Shown here one piece after another: positions 24,122-33,314 of a stretch of 64,000 nt of DNA. The position numbers and the translations under genes are program-made. Origin of the DNA: an uncultured Actinomycetes bacterium (lineage in GTDB: Bacteria > Actinomycetota > Thermoleophilia > Gaiellales > Gaiellaceae); the NCBI GenBank assembly GCA_963719325.1, contig CAVRBW010000024.1:16968-80967 (forward strand), written 5' to 3'. How positions within the stretch are numbered: the first letter of the stretch is position 1; every line of letters begins with the position of its first letter. Under the pieces are notes generated by a model. It searched no databases and was not told where the DNA came from. It worked only from the letters and a program-made list of their open reading frames with translations.

Positions 24122-26468
24122 CTGACCGACTCCAGGGCAGCCCGCAGGCTCTGTCGAGAGGAGAGCATGCCTTCGAAGAGGTCTCCGTGCCGCTCGATCC
24201 GGTCGAGCACGACGTCCATCGTGAAGGCGAGCGGGTCGAGCTCCTCGCCCACCTCCTCCCAGCGGAGTGGCGTCGACACGGGGGCGCCCTGACGGGGGCG
24301 CACCGAGTACACGGACGCGATCGTCTTGCCCTCGCCGTTCTGGTTCGCGTCGATCAGCACGCCCCGTCTCTTCACCTTCGTCCACTCCGTCGTGACCAGA
24401 CCCTGGTTCGTGCGGGCAAGCGTGCCGGCGACGATCTCGGCGAACTCGCGCGTCTCGGCGTAGGTGTGCCGCCGCTGGACCGGTACGAGAACGTGGAAGC
24501 CGTCGCTTCCGCTCGTCTTCGGAAAGCCGACGAGCCCGACTGCGTCGAGCACCTCCTTGACGAGCAGCGCAACCTCGACGACCTCCGGAAAGCCGGCGTC
24601 CTCCGCCGGATCGAGATCGAAGAGCACGAAGTCGGGACGCGACGGCTTGTCCACGCGCGAGTACCACGTGTTCAGGTCGATGCAGCCCATGTTGACCGCC
24701 CACAGGAGGGCCAGTTCGTCGTTGACGAGCGGCGCCTGGATCGTCCTCGTCCGCCGCGGCCGGTCCCGGGTCGTCGCCTCGACGGCCACGGTCGGGATCC
24801 AGTCCGGCATGTGGGAGGGCGCGTCCTTCTGGAAGAAATGGCCGCCCGCGATCCCGTCCGGGTAGCGCTTGAGCGTGAAGGGGCGATTCCGCAGGTGGGG
24901 AAGAAGCACGGGCGCAACCGCCCGGTAGTAGGCGAGCAGATCGCCTTTCCGGATGCCGTCCTCGGGCCAGAAGACCTTGTCGAGATTCGAGAGCTTGAGC
25001 ACCCGCTTGCCCCGGCGAATCTCGTTCGGCAGCGGCTCCTCCCTGTGCACCGCGCGACGCCGGCTTGTCTTCCCGCAGTCCCTGGAACGACGGTGCCCGC
25101 AACCGTCCGTCATGTGTCCACTCGACGAACTCCACCTCGCAGACCAACTCGGGCCTCACCCAGACCACGTCCGCCTTCCGCACTTTCGGCATCTTCGGGA
25201 CGGCCGCGAACGCGGCCTCCTTCTGCTCGAGGGGACGAAGCTGTTCGAGCAGCTCGTCGATCACCTTGTCCGTGAAGCCCGTGCCGCAATTCCCGACGTA
25301 GGAGAGCTCGTCCCCGCGCCACACGCCGAGGACGAGCGAGCCGAAGCGTCCCGACCGTCGGCCCTGGCCTTTCGTGTAGCCGGCGATCACGAACTCCTGC
25401 CGGCGGTGGGTCTTGATCTTCAACCACTCGCGGGTCCGCTTGCCCTGCCGGTAGGGGCAATCGGCGCGCTTGGCGACGATTCCTTCGAGGCCCTGCTCCT
25501 TGGCGGCGTCGTAGAGAGCACGCCCGTCCTCGAACGCCTCCGACAGGCGCACGGTTCCTTTCCGTCCGTCGACGAGCGCCTCCAGCCGGGCTCGCCGTTC
25601 CCTGAGCGGCAGATCGAGCAGCGGCTCGCCGTCGACTTCGAGGACGTCGAACACCTCGTAGACCACCGGGGTGCTCGTCTTCGCCTGTTGCATCGCCGAG
25701 AAGCTCGGCCGGCCTTGCTCGTCCAGTGCACACACCTCGCCGTCGAAGACTGCCGATGGCGAGCTTCGTCGCCCGCGGCATGGCGCGGGCGATTGCGGTA
25801 AAGCGCTCCGTGAGGTCGTTGCCGTTTCGGCTGATCAAGCGTGCCTTGCCCTCGCGGACGTACGCGACCGCACGGTAACCATCCCATTTCACTTCGAAGA
25901 GCCAATCGGGCCCTGCCGGGACCTCCTCTGCGAGCGTCGCGAGCGTCGGCCGGTAGTCACGTGCTATGGCGGGCGGGGCGCCGCCCCGGCTGCCAGTGGC
26001 GTCGGAATCGCGCTTCTTGATCAACAGCCAATTCTGAGGATCGCCGTCGAGCTTCGCGGGCACCAGAGTCCAGAGGCCCTGCAGGCGCTTCCCCTCGAGC
26101 CGAACGGTGAGCCCTCCGTCCTTCTTCTCCTCGACCAGCTCGTAGGTGCCCCGATCCCAGAGCTCGACCGTGCCGGCGCCGTACTGCCCCTTCGGGATCT
26201 CACCCTCGAAGTCCGCGTAGTCGAGCGGATGGTCCTCGACGTGAACGGCGAGCGCGCGCTGGCCTGCTTCCAGCGGAACGCCCTTCGGGACCGCCCAGCT
26301 GGCAAGCACGCCGTCCCGTTCGAGCCGGAAGTCGTAGTGGAGGCGCCGGGCGTCGTGCCGCTGAACGACGAAGAGCGGGGCTTTCCCCCCGTGCCGCGCG
26401 CCGAACGGCTCAGGCGTTCGCTTCGGATCCCGTTTCTTGCGGTACTCGGCGAGGTCACCTCGAGCCAT
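24118..26468 (-). pseudogene. ligD: ATP-dependent DNA ligase LigD (phosphoesterase-ligase-polymerase order) interrupted by two +1 frame changes
   Basis: Three consecutive frames carry the gene. Frame 1 (26468 down to ~25760): PE domain (KRTPEPFG, FVVQRHDARRLHYDFRLE) and ligase motif I EVKWDGYR. Frame 2 (~25760 down to ~25055): AVFDGEVCALDEQGRPSF...EGIVAKR...WLKIK...FVEWTHDGRLRAPSFQGLREDKPAS. Frame 3 (~25055 down to 24118): Pol/primase domain (LKLSNLDKVFWPEDG...FDLDP...SGSDGFHVLVP). Confidence 0.75.
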
Positions 26469-26590
26469 CGAGCGAAGCTTGCCTCACCACGACCGGCGCG
26501 AACCGTCGCTAGAGGCCGGCGTAGGCCGAACAATGCTCGGTATCGGTTTCGGAACGGTGAACAACTGGGGTTCTGGGCCGGGGAAAAGCC

Positions 26591-26608
26591 TGTGGAGAGT
26601 GTGGAATG
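26591..26608. promoter_or_regulatory. tandem DnaA-box-like 9-mers outside oriC
   Basis: TGTGGAGAG-TGTGGAATG, directly abutting. Same head-to-tail geometry as TGTGGAGCG-TGTGGGAGA in the oriC candidate. Lies between the accA terminator and the ligD start. Confidence 0.3.
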
Positions 26609-26610
26609 TC

Positions 26611-26651
26611 CCCGCAAAAGCGGGATGGTTAGGCAAAAACACCCATCCCGC
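26611..26651 (-). terminator. candidate intrinsic terminator of the accD-accA unit
   Basis: On the minus strand: GCGGGATGG-(14 nt loop containing the accA TAA)-CCATCCCGC, followed directly by TTTT. Confidence 0.5.
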
Positions 26652-27561
26652 GGAACTTTGCCCGCCGCCGCCGCCGCAGCTCCTCTCCCGGTAGGCCTTC
26701 GAGCTCGTCGAGAGCCTCGAGGAGCGATTCCCTGAGCAACCGAGCCGCCTCGCCGGAGTCGTTTTGGGCACCCCCGTCGGGCTCGGGCACGATCGCGTCG
26801 ACGACGCCGAGCTCGAGGCAATGGGTGGCGTCCGGCTTGAAAGCCGCAGCTGCTTTCCGGGCCTCGCCGGCGTCACGCCACAGAATGGCGGCGCAGCCTT
26901 CAGGGGAGATCACGGAGTAGATCGCGTTCTCCTGCATCAGCACACGGTCGGCGAGAGCGATGGCGATCGCGCCGCCGGAGCCTCCTTCTCCGATCACGCA
27001 GGCGACGATCGGCACCTCGAGCCGTGCCATCAGCGCCTGCGATCGCGCGATCGCTCCACCCTGGCCGTGCTGCTCGGCCGCAACGCCCGGATAGGCGCCC
27101 GGCGTATCGACGAGGCTGATGACCGGGAACCCGTGCCGGTCGGCCAGCGCCATGGCGCGCATCGCCTTCCGGTACCCCTCGGGATACGGCATGCCGAACT
27201 GGCGTTTCGTCCGTTCCTGGAGATCGCGCCCCTTCTGCTGCCCGATGAGCACGACGGTTCGGCCGTCGAAGCGGCCGAAGCCGGTGACCATCGCGCCGTC
27301 GTCGGCGCGCCCGCGATCCCCGTGCAGCTCGAACCAGTCGTCCAGGATGCGCTCGACGTAGTCGAGCGTGTACGGCCGGTCCGGGTGCCGTGCCAGCTCG
27401 ACGGAGCGCCAGATCTCCTCGTCGGTCGGCTCGGTCTGGAGCTTCTCGAGCTGCCGTTGCAACCGCTCGAGCTCGCCGGAGAGCTTGGTGCCGCCAAGGA
27501 GGGAAAGCTGGCGGAGCCTGCTCAGACGCTCGCGCAAGCGGCGCTCGGCCTCACCCGGCAT
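26629..27561 (-). CDS. accA: acetyl-CoA carboxylase carboxyltransferase alpha subunit
   Basis: ARHPDRPYTLDY, GMPYPEGYRKAMRAM, VDTPGAYPG, GEGGSGGA. Full-length AccA pattern. Confidence 0.9.
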   Translation of the reverse strand: MPGEAERRLRERLSRLRQLSLLGGTKLSGELERLQRQLEKLQTEPTDEEIWRSVELARHPDRPYTLDYVERILDDWFELHGDRGRADDGAMVTGFGRFDGRTVVLIGQQKGRDLQERTKRQFGMPYPEGYRKAMRAMALADRHGFPVISLVDTPGAYPGVAAEQHGQGGAIARSQALMARLEVPIVACVIGEGGSGGAIAIALADRVLMQENAIYSVISPEGCAAILWRDAGEARKAAAAFKPDATHCLELGVVDAIVPEPDGGAQNDSGEAARLLRESLLEALDELEGLPGEELRRRRRAKFRGMGVFA

Positions 27562-28402
27562 TGCCGAAGAGCCGAAGCAGCCGGCCCAGGTGTGGACGCA
27601 ACTCCTCCCGCGTGACGATCGCGTCCACGTGGCCGAAGCGAAAGTTCGACTCTGCGAGGCCGAAGTCGTCCGGAAGCTTCTCGCGTGTCGTCTGCTGGAC
27701 GACGCGCGGGCCGGTAAAGGAGATCAGCGCACCGGGCTCTGCCAGCGTCACGTCTCCGAGGCTCGCGAAGCTGGCGAGCACGCCCGCCGTCGTGGGGTGG
27801 GTGAAGACATTGATCAGCGCGCACCGGGCGTCGTGAAGGTCCTCGACCGCGCAGACAGTCTTCGGCAGCTGCATCAGCGACAGGATCCCTTCCTGCATCC
27901 GCGCACCACCCGAAGCGGTTATGGAGACGAGCGGAACCCGGCGGTCGCCCGCGCGCTCGCACGCCCGGACGAACTTCTCGCCGACGACGCTCCCCATCGA
28001 GCCGCCCATGAAGGCGAAGTCCATGACCGAGAGCTCGCACGCCTCGCCGTCGATCTCGGCGCGACCGGCCACGATTGCGTCACCCTGCCCGGTCTTCAGC
28101 TCCGCCTCCGCGAGCCGTTCCGTGTAGGGACGCAGGTCGTAGAACCCGAGCGGATCTGCTGAGCGCAGGCCGGCGTCCTCCTCCTCGAAGGTGCGGCTGT
28201 CGACCAGCTGGTCGATCCGCTCATGAGCCGTCAGCGGAAAGTGGTGGCCGCACTGCGGGCAGACGCTCAGATGCCGCTCGAGCTCGTCGTTACGGTAGTG
28301 GGATCCGCACGAGGGGCAGGTGTTGGGATGCTTCTTGCCTTCGTCCGCCGGCGTGGACGAGCCCTTGTGCTCGATCGAGACGTCGATTCGGCTGCGCGGC
28401 AT
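27551..28402 (-). CDS. accD: acetyl-CoA carboxylase carboxyltransferase beta subunit
   Basis: N-terminal zinc ribbon CPSCGSH...CPQCGHH, followed by MDFAFMGGSMGSVVGEK and SGGARMQEG. Start at the internal M (MPRSRIDV). Confidence 0.9.
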   Translation of the reverse strand: MPRSRIDVSIEHKGSSTPADEGKKHPNTCPSCGSHYRNDELERHLSVCPQCGHHFPLTAHERIDQLVDSRTFEEEDAGLRSADPLGFYDLRPYTERLAEAELKTGQGDAIVAGRAEIDGEACELSVMDFAFMGGSMGSVVGEKFVRACERAGDRRVPLVSITASGGARMQEGILSLMQLPKTVCAVEDLHDARCALINVFTHPTTAGVLASFASLGDVTLAEPGALISFTGPRVVQQTTREKLPDDFGLAESNFRFGHVDAIVTREELRPHLGRLLRLFGNAG

Positions 28403-28519
28403 ACGTTCGGATCTTAGACCGGGCCTGCCCGGCGAGCGGTTACAGACCAAGCGCCGCGCAGAGGCGCAGGAGAGGAGCGACGCTCGCGGCCTCGGGCACG
28501 AGCCCCGCGAGATCGGAGG

Positions 28520-29410
28520 TTAGCTGCACTTCTCGTACACGTCCTCCTGGCCGCCGACCCGCATGCCCGCGCTCTCGTAGAGCCGCACCGCTCCGGTCTC
28601 GTTGCCCGCGTCGACGCCGAGGCCGATCCGCCGCTTGGATTTTGCGTACAGCGCGCCGAACCCCTGCAGGAGCAGCGCCCGTCCGAGGCCCCGGCCGCGC
28701 CAGGCCGTTCGCACTCCGAGAATGCCGACGAACGCATCACCGAGGTAGTTCTCGTTGCAGACGACCGCGCCGGCGACGGCGTCTCCTTCTCGAGCGAGAA
28801 ACGTCACCTCGGGCTCGAGCAGCACGTTTCGGCGCCACTGGTCGAAGCCCTGGGGGACATGTCCCCAATGCTCCGCGAACGACTCTTCGACGACCTCGTG
28901 GAGAATGCGCTCCTCACCCTCGCGCAGACGAGCGGCGGTGATGCCCGCCGGCCACCGGGCCTGAGGCGGCGGGGCGGCGAGGTCGATGACCATCCGGTAG
29001 AAGCTGCGGACGTACGTGAATCCGCGCTCGACCACGAGCCGCCGGGCGGCGTCGTCGCCGGCCAGGGTCGAGACCCGGAAGATGCGGCCCCGTTTCCTGT
29101 GCGCCTCCCGTTCCGACCAGTCGAGCAGGAACGAGCCGATGCCGCGACCGGTCTCGCCGGGCAGCACCGCGCCGTCGCTCAACACCGCCTCGCCTCGAAA
29201 GACAATCCTCGTGCAGCCGACGATCTCGCCGGCGTCGTTGGTCACGACGATCGCCGCGATCGCCCGTTCGAGCCAGCGGCCCACCTCCAGCTCGCCGACC
29301 CGAACCGGCTCGGGAACGTACGCGGCTTCGCACGAGTTGACGACGGACGCAATCGCAGTGGCGTCGGTGCGCGTCACCGGGCGCGAGCTGTACCCCCGGG
29401 GCAGCGTCAC
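28520..29410 (-). CDS. two-domain GNAT N-acetyltransferase (MshD-like architecture)
   Basis: C-terminal ~296 aa of the 559-aa ORF. Two acetyl-CoA motifs: PGETGRGIGSFLL and RTAWRGRGLGRALL. GTG start overlaps the upstream HAD stop (GTGA). Confidence 0.65.
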   Translation of the reverse strand: MTLPRGYSSRPVTRTDATAIASVVNSCEAAYVPEPVRVGELEVGRWLERAIAAIVVTNDAGEIVGCTRIVFRGEAVLSDGAVLPGETGRGIGSFLLDWSEREAHRKRGRIFRVSTLAGDDAARRLVVERGFTYVRSFYRMVIDLAAPPPQARWPAGITAARLREGEERILHEVVEESFAEHWGHVPQGFDQWRRNVLLEPEVTFLAREGDAVAGAVVCNENYLGDAFVGILGVRTAWRGRGLGRALLLQGFGALYAKSKRRIGLGVDAGNETGAVRLYESAGMRVGGQEDVYEKCS

Positions 29411-30111
29411 TCCGGCACGAGCTCGTCCAGCACAGCCGGAAGCGACGTCAGGTCGGCGATCTCCCTGGTCGGCTCGGGTTCGGCGCGCTCGCCGAGGCGG
29501 TTCACCCACACCGACCGCAGCCCGAGCTCGCGGGTGGGCGCGACATCGTGGTACAAGCTCGCCGCCACGTGGACGTGGCGGTCCCGCTCGGCCCCCGTCT
29601 GAAGGAAGAACTCCTGCCAGTGGCGGTGCCGCGGCTTGTAGGAGCCGATTGCAGAAGCGACGATCGTCTCGTCGAACGTCACGCCCAGCCTTGCCTTCGA
29701 CGCTTCGATCAGGTCCGGATCCGTGTTCGAGAGGATCGCGAGCCGCCACCCGCGAGCGCGTGCCTCCTCGAGCGCCGCCGGCACCTCGGGAAACGGGGGC
29801 CAGTCGGGCAGAGAGCGTGCAAGCGCATCCGCCTCGCCGTGCGCGAGCCCGATGTCCTCCTCCGAGGCGAGCTGCTCGAGCGAGCGGCGCAACACCGAGC
29901 GGTAGGTCTGGTGCGGGTCCTCCGCTTGGACCTTCGGCTCGACGTCGTGGTAGCACTGCAGCAGCCGGTCGGCCGCGCCTGCGCCGAACAGCCGGGCCAG
30001 CTCGCCGCCGATCCCCCCGTTCCAGTCGATCAGCGTGCCGTAGCAGTCGAATGTCGCCCACCGCTTGAGCGTGGGGGAACCCAGGGTTCCCCCACGAGCC
30101 CCCACCTTCAC
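29407..30111 (-). CDS. HAD-superfamily hydrolase (haloacid dehalogenase type II-like)
   Basis: Motif I FDCYGTLIDW, ILSNTD, SYKP. The first ~15 codons lie inside palindromic repeat copy a, so the true start (GTG 30111, GTG 30105 or CTG 30083) is uncertain. Confidence 0.7.
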   Translation of the reverse strand: MKVGARGGTLGSPTLKRWATFDCYGTLIDWNGGIGGELARLFGAGAADRLLQCYHDVEPKVQAEDPHQTYRSVLRRSLEQLASEEDIGLAHGEADALARSLPDWPPFPEVPAALEEARARGWRLAILSNTDPDLIEASKARLGVTFDETIVASAIGSYKPRHRHWQEFFLQTGAERDRHVHVAASLYHDVAPTRELGLRSVWVNRLGERAEPEPTREIADLTSLPAVLDELVPE

Positions 30112-30216
30112 CGCGGCGCACCGCCTGCGTCACATGGGCTCCCGCCGGGCAAAGTTCGTCGGCAGCGTCGTCGGGCAAAGCTCGCCGACGCGCCACCACC
30201 GGGGGCCCGGCTCCGC
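30062..30216 (-). repeat. palindrome-terminated dispersed repeat, copy a
   Basis: Palindrome GTGGGGGAACCCAGGGTTCCCCCAC at 30071-30095. On the minus strand it is preceded by GGTGAAGGTGGGGGCTC, TTTGCCCGGCGGGAG and GGAGCCGGGCC blocks shared with copy b. Confidence 0.8.
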
Positions 30217-30243
30217 CCGAGAAAGGTTCGCGCTTCCAAGGGC

Positions 30244-31497
30244 CTACTCCTCGTACCGCTTGAGCACGATCGACGCGTTGTGGCCGCCGAACCCGAAGGA
30301 GTTCGACATTGCCACGCGTACGTCAGCGTGGCGCGCCTCGTTCGGGATGTAGTCCAGGTCGCACTCCGGGTCGGGCACCTCGTAGTTGATCGTCGGCGGC
30401 AACACACCGTCCACGATCGCCATGGTCGAGAAGATCGCTTCGACCGCGCCGGCGGCGCCGAGACAATGCCCGGTCGAGCCCTTCGTCGAGGAGATCGGCG
30501 TCTTCCTGGCGTTCTCCTCCCCGAACGCGAGCTTGATCACACGGGTCTCGCTCGCGTCGCCCAGTGGCGTCGAGGTTCCGTGAGCGTTCACGTAGTCCAC
30601 CTCCGACACGTCGATGCCGGCGTCGGTGAGTGCCATCTGCATCGCCCGCGCCGGGTTCACGCCCGTCGGGTCGGGTTCGGTGATGTGCTGTGCGTCCGAC
30701 GAGACGCCGTAGCCGGCCAGCTCCGCATAGATCTTCGCGCCGCGGGCCTTCGCCCGCTCGAGCTCCTCGAGGACGACCACCGCTCCGGCCTCCCCCATCA
30801 CGAATCCGTCCCGGCCGCTGTCGAACGGCCGGCTCGCGTGCTCGGGATCGTCGTTTCGCCGTGAGAGCGCACGCATAGCGCCGAACCCCGCGATTCCGAC
30901 CTCGGTGACCGGCGCCTCCGTTCCGCCGCAGAACATGACGTCGGCGCGGCCGAGCTTGATCGCGTCCGCACCCTCGCCGATTGCCATGTTCGAGGCGGCG
31001 CAAGCGGTGCACTGAGCGCTGAGCGGCCCCCGCGTCCCCAACTCGATCGAGACCCAGCCGGCGCCGAGGTTGGGGATGATCGCCGGGATCGAGAACGGAT
31101 TGACTCGATCCGGGCCGCGCTCGCGTAGCTGCGTGTGGCAGTCCTGGAACGACTGGAGGCCGCCGATACCCGTCGCGATCGACGCCCCCACGCGATCGGA
31201 CTCCTTGGCGATGTCGATGCCGCAGTCCTGCTCTGCCATTCGCGCGGCGGCAACGACCATCTGGGCGAAACGGTCCATCCGCCGGGCGGTCTTGTACTCG
31301 ATCCAGTCCGTCGGTTCGAAGTCCTTCAGCTCGCAGGCGAAGTTCACGAAGTACGCGCTCGAGTCGAACTGCGTGATCGGCCCTGCACCGGATTTTCCGG
31401 AAACGAGGTTCTGCCACGACGTCTGCACGTCGTTACCGAGCGGTGTAACCGCTCCCATCCCGGTGATGACGACTCTGCGGTGCCCGTCGGCGCTCAT
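30244..31497 (-). CDS. fabF: 3-oxoacyl-ACP synthase II
   Basis: 417 aa starting MSADGHRRVVITGMGAVTPLG. Active-site Cys context QCTACAASN; HGTSTPLGD and GHCLGAAG. The ATG shares one base with the fabG TAA (TAATG). Confidence 0.9.
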   Translation of the reverse strand: MSADGHRRVVITGMGAVTPLGNDVQTSWQNLVSGKSGAGPITQFDSSAYFVNFACELKDFEPTDWIEYKTARRMDRFAQMVVAAARMAEQDCGIDIAKESDRVGASIATGIGGLQSFQDCHTQLRERGPDRVNPFSIPAIIPNLGAGWVSIELGTRGPLSAQCTACAASNMAIGEGADAIKLGRADVMFCGGTEAPVTEVGIAGFGAMRALSRRNDDPEHASRPFDSGRDGFVMGEAGAVVVLEELERAKARGAKIYAELAGYGVSSDAQHITEPDPTGVNPARAMQMALTDAGIDVSEVDYVNAHGTSTPLGDASETRVIKLAFGEENARKTPISSTKGSTGHCLGAAGAVEAIFSTMAIVDGVLPPTINYEVPDPECDLDYIPNEARHADVRVAMSNSFGFGGHNASIVLKRYEE

Positions 31498-32234
31498 TAC
31501 ATTCCCAATCCTCCGTCGACGAGCAGCACCTCGCCGGTCACGAACGAGGCCTCGTCGGAGCAGAGGAAGCGTACCGCTCCCGCCACGTCCTCCGGCGTGC
31601 CGAGACGACCGAGCGGCGTGTTCCCGAGAATCGCCTGCTGGACCTCTCCGGGGAGCACGTCGGTCAGCGCAGTCTGGATGTAGCCCGGCGCGACCGCGTT
31701 CGCACGAACGCCGCGCGAGGCGAGCTCGCGGGCCAACGACTTCGTGAACCCGATGATCCCCGCCTTCGAGGCGGCGTAGTTCGTCTGCCCGGGGTTGCCG
31801 TGGATCCCGACGACGCTGGTCAGATTGACGATCGCGCCGCTCCGGCGACGCATCATCCCGCGGGCTGCGGCTCGGCAGGTGTGGAACACGCCTCCGAGGT
31901 TCGTGTCCAGCACGATCCGCCAATCCTGGTCGGACATCCGTGCGATCAGGCCGTCACGGGTCAAGCCTGCGTTGTTCACGAGGATGTCGAGCTCGCCGGC
32001 CTCATCGACCAGACGAGCGGCCTGCTCGGCATCGGAGACGTCGGCCTGCACCGCGCGACCGCCGATCGCTCCGACGAGTGCCTCTGCTTCCTCGGAACCG
32101 GTTCGGTACCCGATCACCACCTGCGCGCCGGCCCGTGCCAGCTCCGACGCGATCGCACGTCCGATGCCGCGCGAAGCACCGGTGACGAGCGCGAGCTTGC
32201 CCTCCAGCGAGCAGAACTCGCTCGAATCCCTCAC
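31497..32234 (-). CDS. fabG: 3-oxoacyl-ACP reductase
   Basis: SDR motifs LVTGASRGIG, NNAG and YAASKAG. GTG at 32234 gives a standard ~245-aa FabG; the ORF track extends to 32306. Confidence 0.85.
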   Translation of the reverse strand: MRDSSEFCSLEGKLALVTGASRGIGRAIASELARAGAQVVIGYRTGSEEAEALVGAIGGRAVQADVSDAEQAARLVDEAGELDILVNNAGLTRDGLIARMSDQDWRIVLDTNLGGVFHTCRAAARGMMRRRSGAIVNLTSVVGIHGNPGQTNYAASKAGIIGFTKSLARELASRGVRANAVAPGYIQTALTDVLPGEVQQAILGNTPLGRLGTPEDVAGAVRFLCSDEASFVTGEVLLVDGGLGM

Positions 32235-32283
32235 AGGCCAACCCCGCAGCTCACGCTGATTCCCGTCGCCGCGACCGACATGG

Positions 32284-32372
32284 CAGGCGCGGCTCCCAGC
32301 GGTCACTGAGGTGCGAACGGGTCAGAGGATGGGGCACACGGGGGAAACCGACCGTTTCCCCCGTGAAAGCGA
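32284..32372 (+). repeat. palindrome-terminated dispersed repeat, copy e
   Basis: CACGGGGGAAAC-CGACC-GTTTCCCCCGTG at 32337-32365, preceded by GCGAACGGGTCAGAGGATGGGG. That block aligns with the reverse complement of copies c and d. Sits in the fabD-fabG spacer. Confidence 0.75.
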
Positions 32373-32390
32373 GCCGGAGGCGAGCGCCTC

Positions 32391-33314
32391 TCACGTGGGC
32401 GCGATCGCTTCCTCGATCTTCTCGAGCGAGGCGAGGTCGTTGACGGAGATCGCCTTCACGCTGCGGTCGATGCGCTTGACGAGCCCGGAGAGGACGTTGC
32501 CCGGCCCCACCTCGACGAAGGTGCGCACGCCCTCCTTGACGAGCTCGGACGCAGCCTGCGTGAAACGTACGGGCGCCGTCAGCTGGTCGACGAGCAGCGC
32601 GGCCATTCGTTGCGCCTCCTCGAAGCGAGCGGTGACGGTCGACATGAACGCGGCCTCGGGCTCGCTGAACATCACGCGCTCGATCGCCGGCCGAAGCCGT
32701 TCCGCCGCCCGGGCGACGAGCGGCGAATGGAATGCACCCGAGACCTTCAGCTTGACCGTCCGCCGCGCGCCCTCCTCTTCAGCCAGCGCGCAGCACTCGT
32801 CCACGGCCTCGTTCTCGCCCGAGACGACGATCTGGCCGGGGCAGTTGTAGTTTGCCGGCCAGACTCCGATGATTCTCCGGCAGAGCCGCTCGACGACCTC
32901 GTCCTCGAGCCCGAGGATCGCCGCCATCGAGCCGGGTCGCACCCTCGCCGCTTCGGCCATCGCGAGCCCGCGCTCGCGCACGAGCGCGATCGTCTCTTCG
33001 ATGCCGACCGACTCCGCGGCCGCAAGTGCCGCAAACTCGCCGACCGAGTGCCCGATCACGTAGTTGGGCTCGATCCCACGCCGGCGCAGCGCCGCAAGGA
33101 CGGCGAGGCTCGTGGCGACGAGCGCCGGCTGCTGGATCTCCGTCCCGACCATCTCCTCGAGTGGGGTCTCGAAGCAGAGCTTGCGGAGATCCAGACCGCT
33201 CGCCTCGCTTCCCCGGTCGAACACCGCCATCGCCTCGGGCACCGCCTCGGCGATGTCACGGCCCATGCCACGCGCGAGCGCGCCTTGACCCGGGAAGCAG
33301 AACGCAATCTTCAT
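32391..33314 (-). CDS. fabD: malonyl-CoA-ACP transacylase
   Basis: FPGQGA, GHSVGEFAAL, and SGAFHSPL. Start MKIAFCF; its ATG overlaps the fabH stop. Confidence 0.9.
   Translation of the reverse strand: MKIAFCFPGQGALARGMGRDIAEAVPEAMAVFDRGSEASGLDLRKLCFETPLEEMVGTEIQQPALVATSLAVLAALRRRGIEPNYVIGHSVGEFAALAAAESVGIEETIALVRERGLAMAEAARVRPGSMAAILGLEDEVVERLCRRIIGVWPANYNCPGQIVVSGENEAVDECCALAEEEGARRTVKLKVSGAFHSPLVARAAERLRPAIERVMFSEPEAAFMSTVTARFEEAQRMAALLVDQLTAPVRFTQAASELVKEGVRTFVEVGPGNVLSGLVKRIDRSVKAISVNDLASLEKIEEAIAPT

Noticed and set aside
25110-25113. ATGA overlap between the end of the 25110-26468 ORF and the ATG of the 24118-25113 ORF, suggesting two intact coupled genes
   Set aside because: The last ~215 codons of the 25110-26468 ORF are nonsense (RRRGVCTGRARPAELLGD...). 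A different frame encodes the ligase/OB-fold sequence over the same DNA, so the overlap is coincidental.
23255-25735. 826-aa ORF in the track that looks like one large protein
   Set aside because: It is a stop-free frame running through three different coding units. Only its first ~230 aa (LigD ligase/OB part) and last ~288 aa (Nif3) are meaningful. The middle is Arg/Gly/Pro-rich off-frame translation of the LigD polymerase domain, which reads cleanly in the 24118-25113 frame.
26552-26562. LexA/Cheo-type SOS box (GAAC-N4-GTTC) upstream of ligD
   Set aside because: The sequence is GAACGGTGAAC, so the second half-site is not the inverted GTTC. It is not a palindrome.
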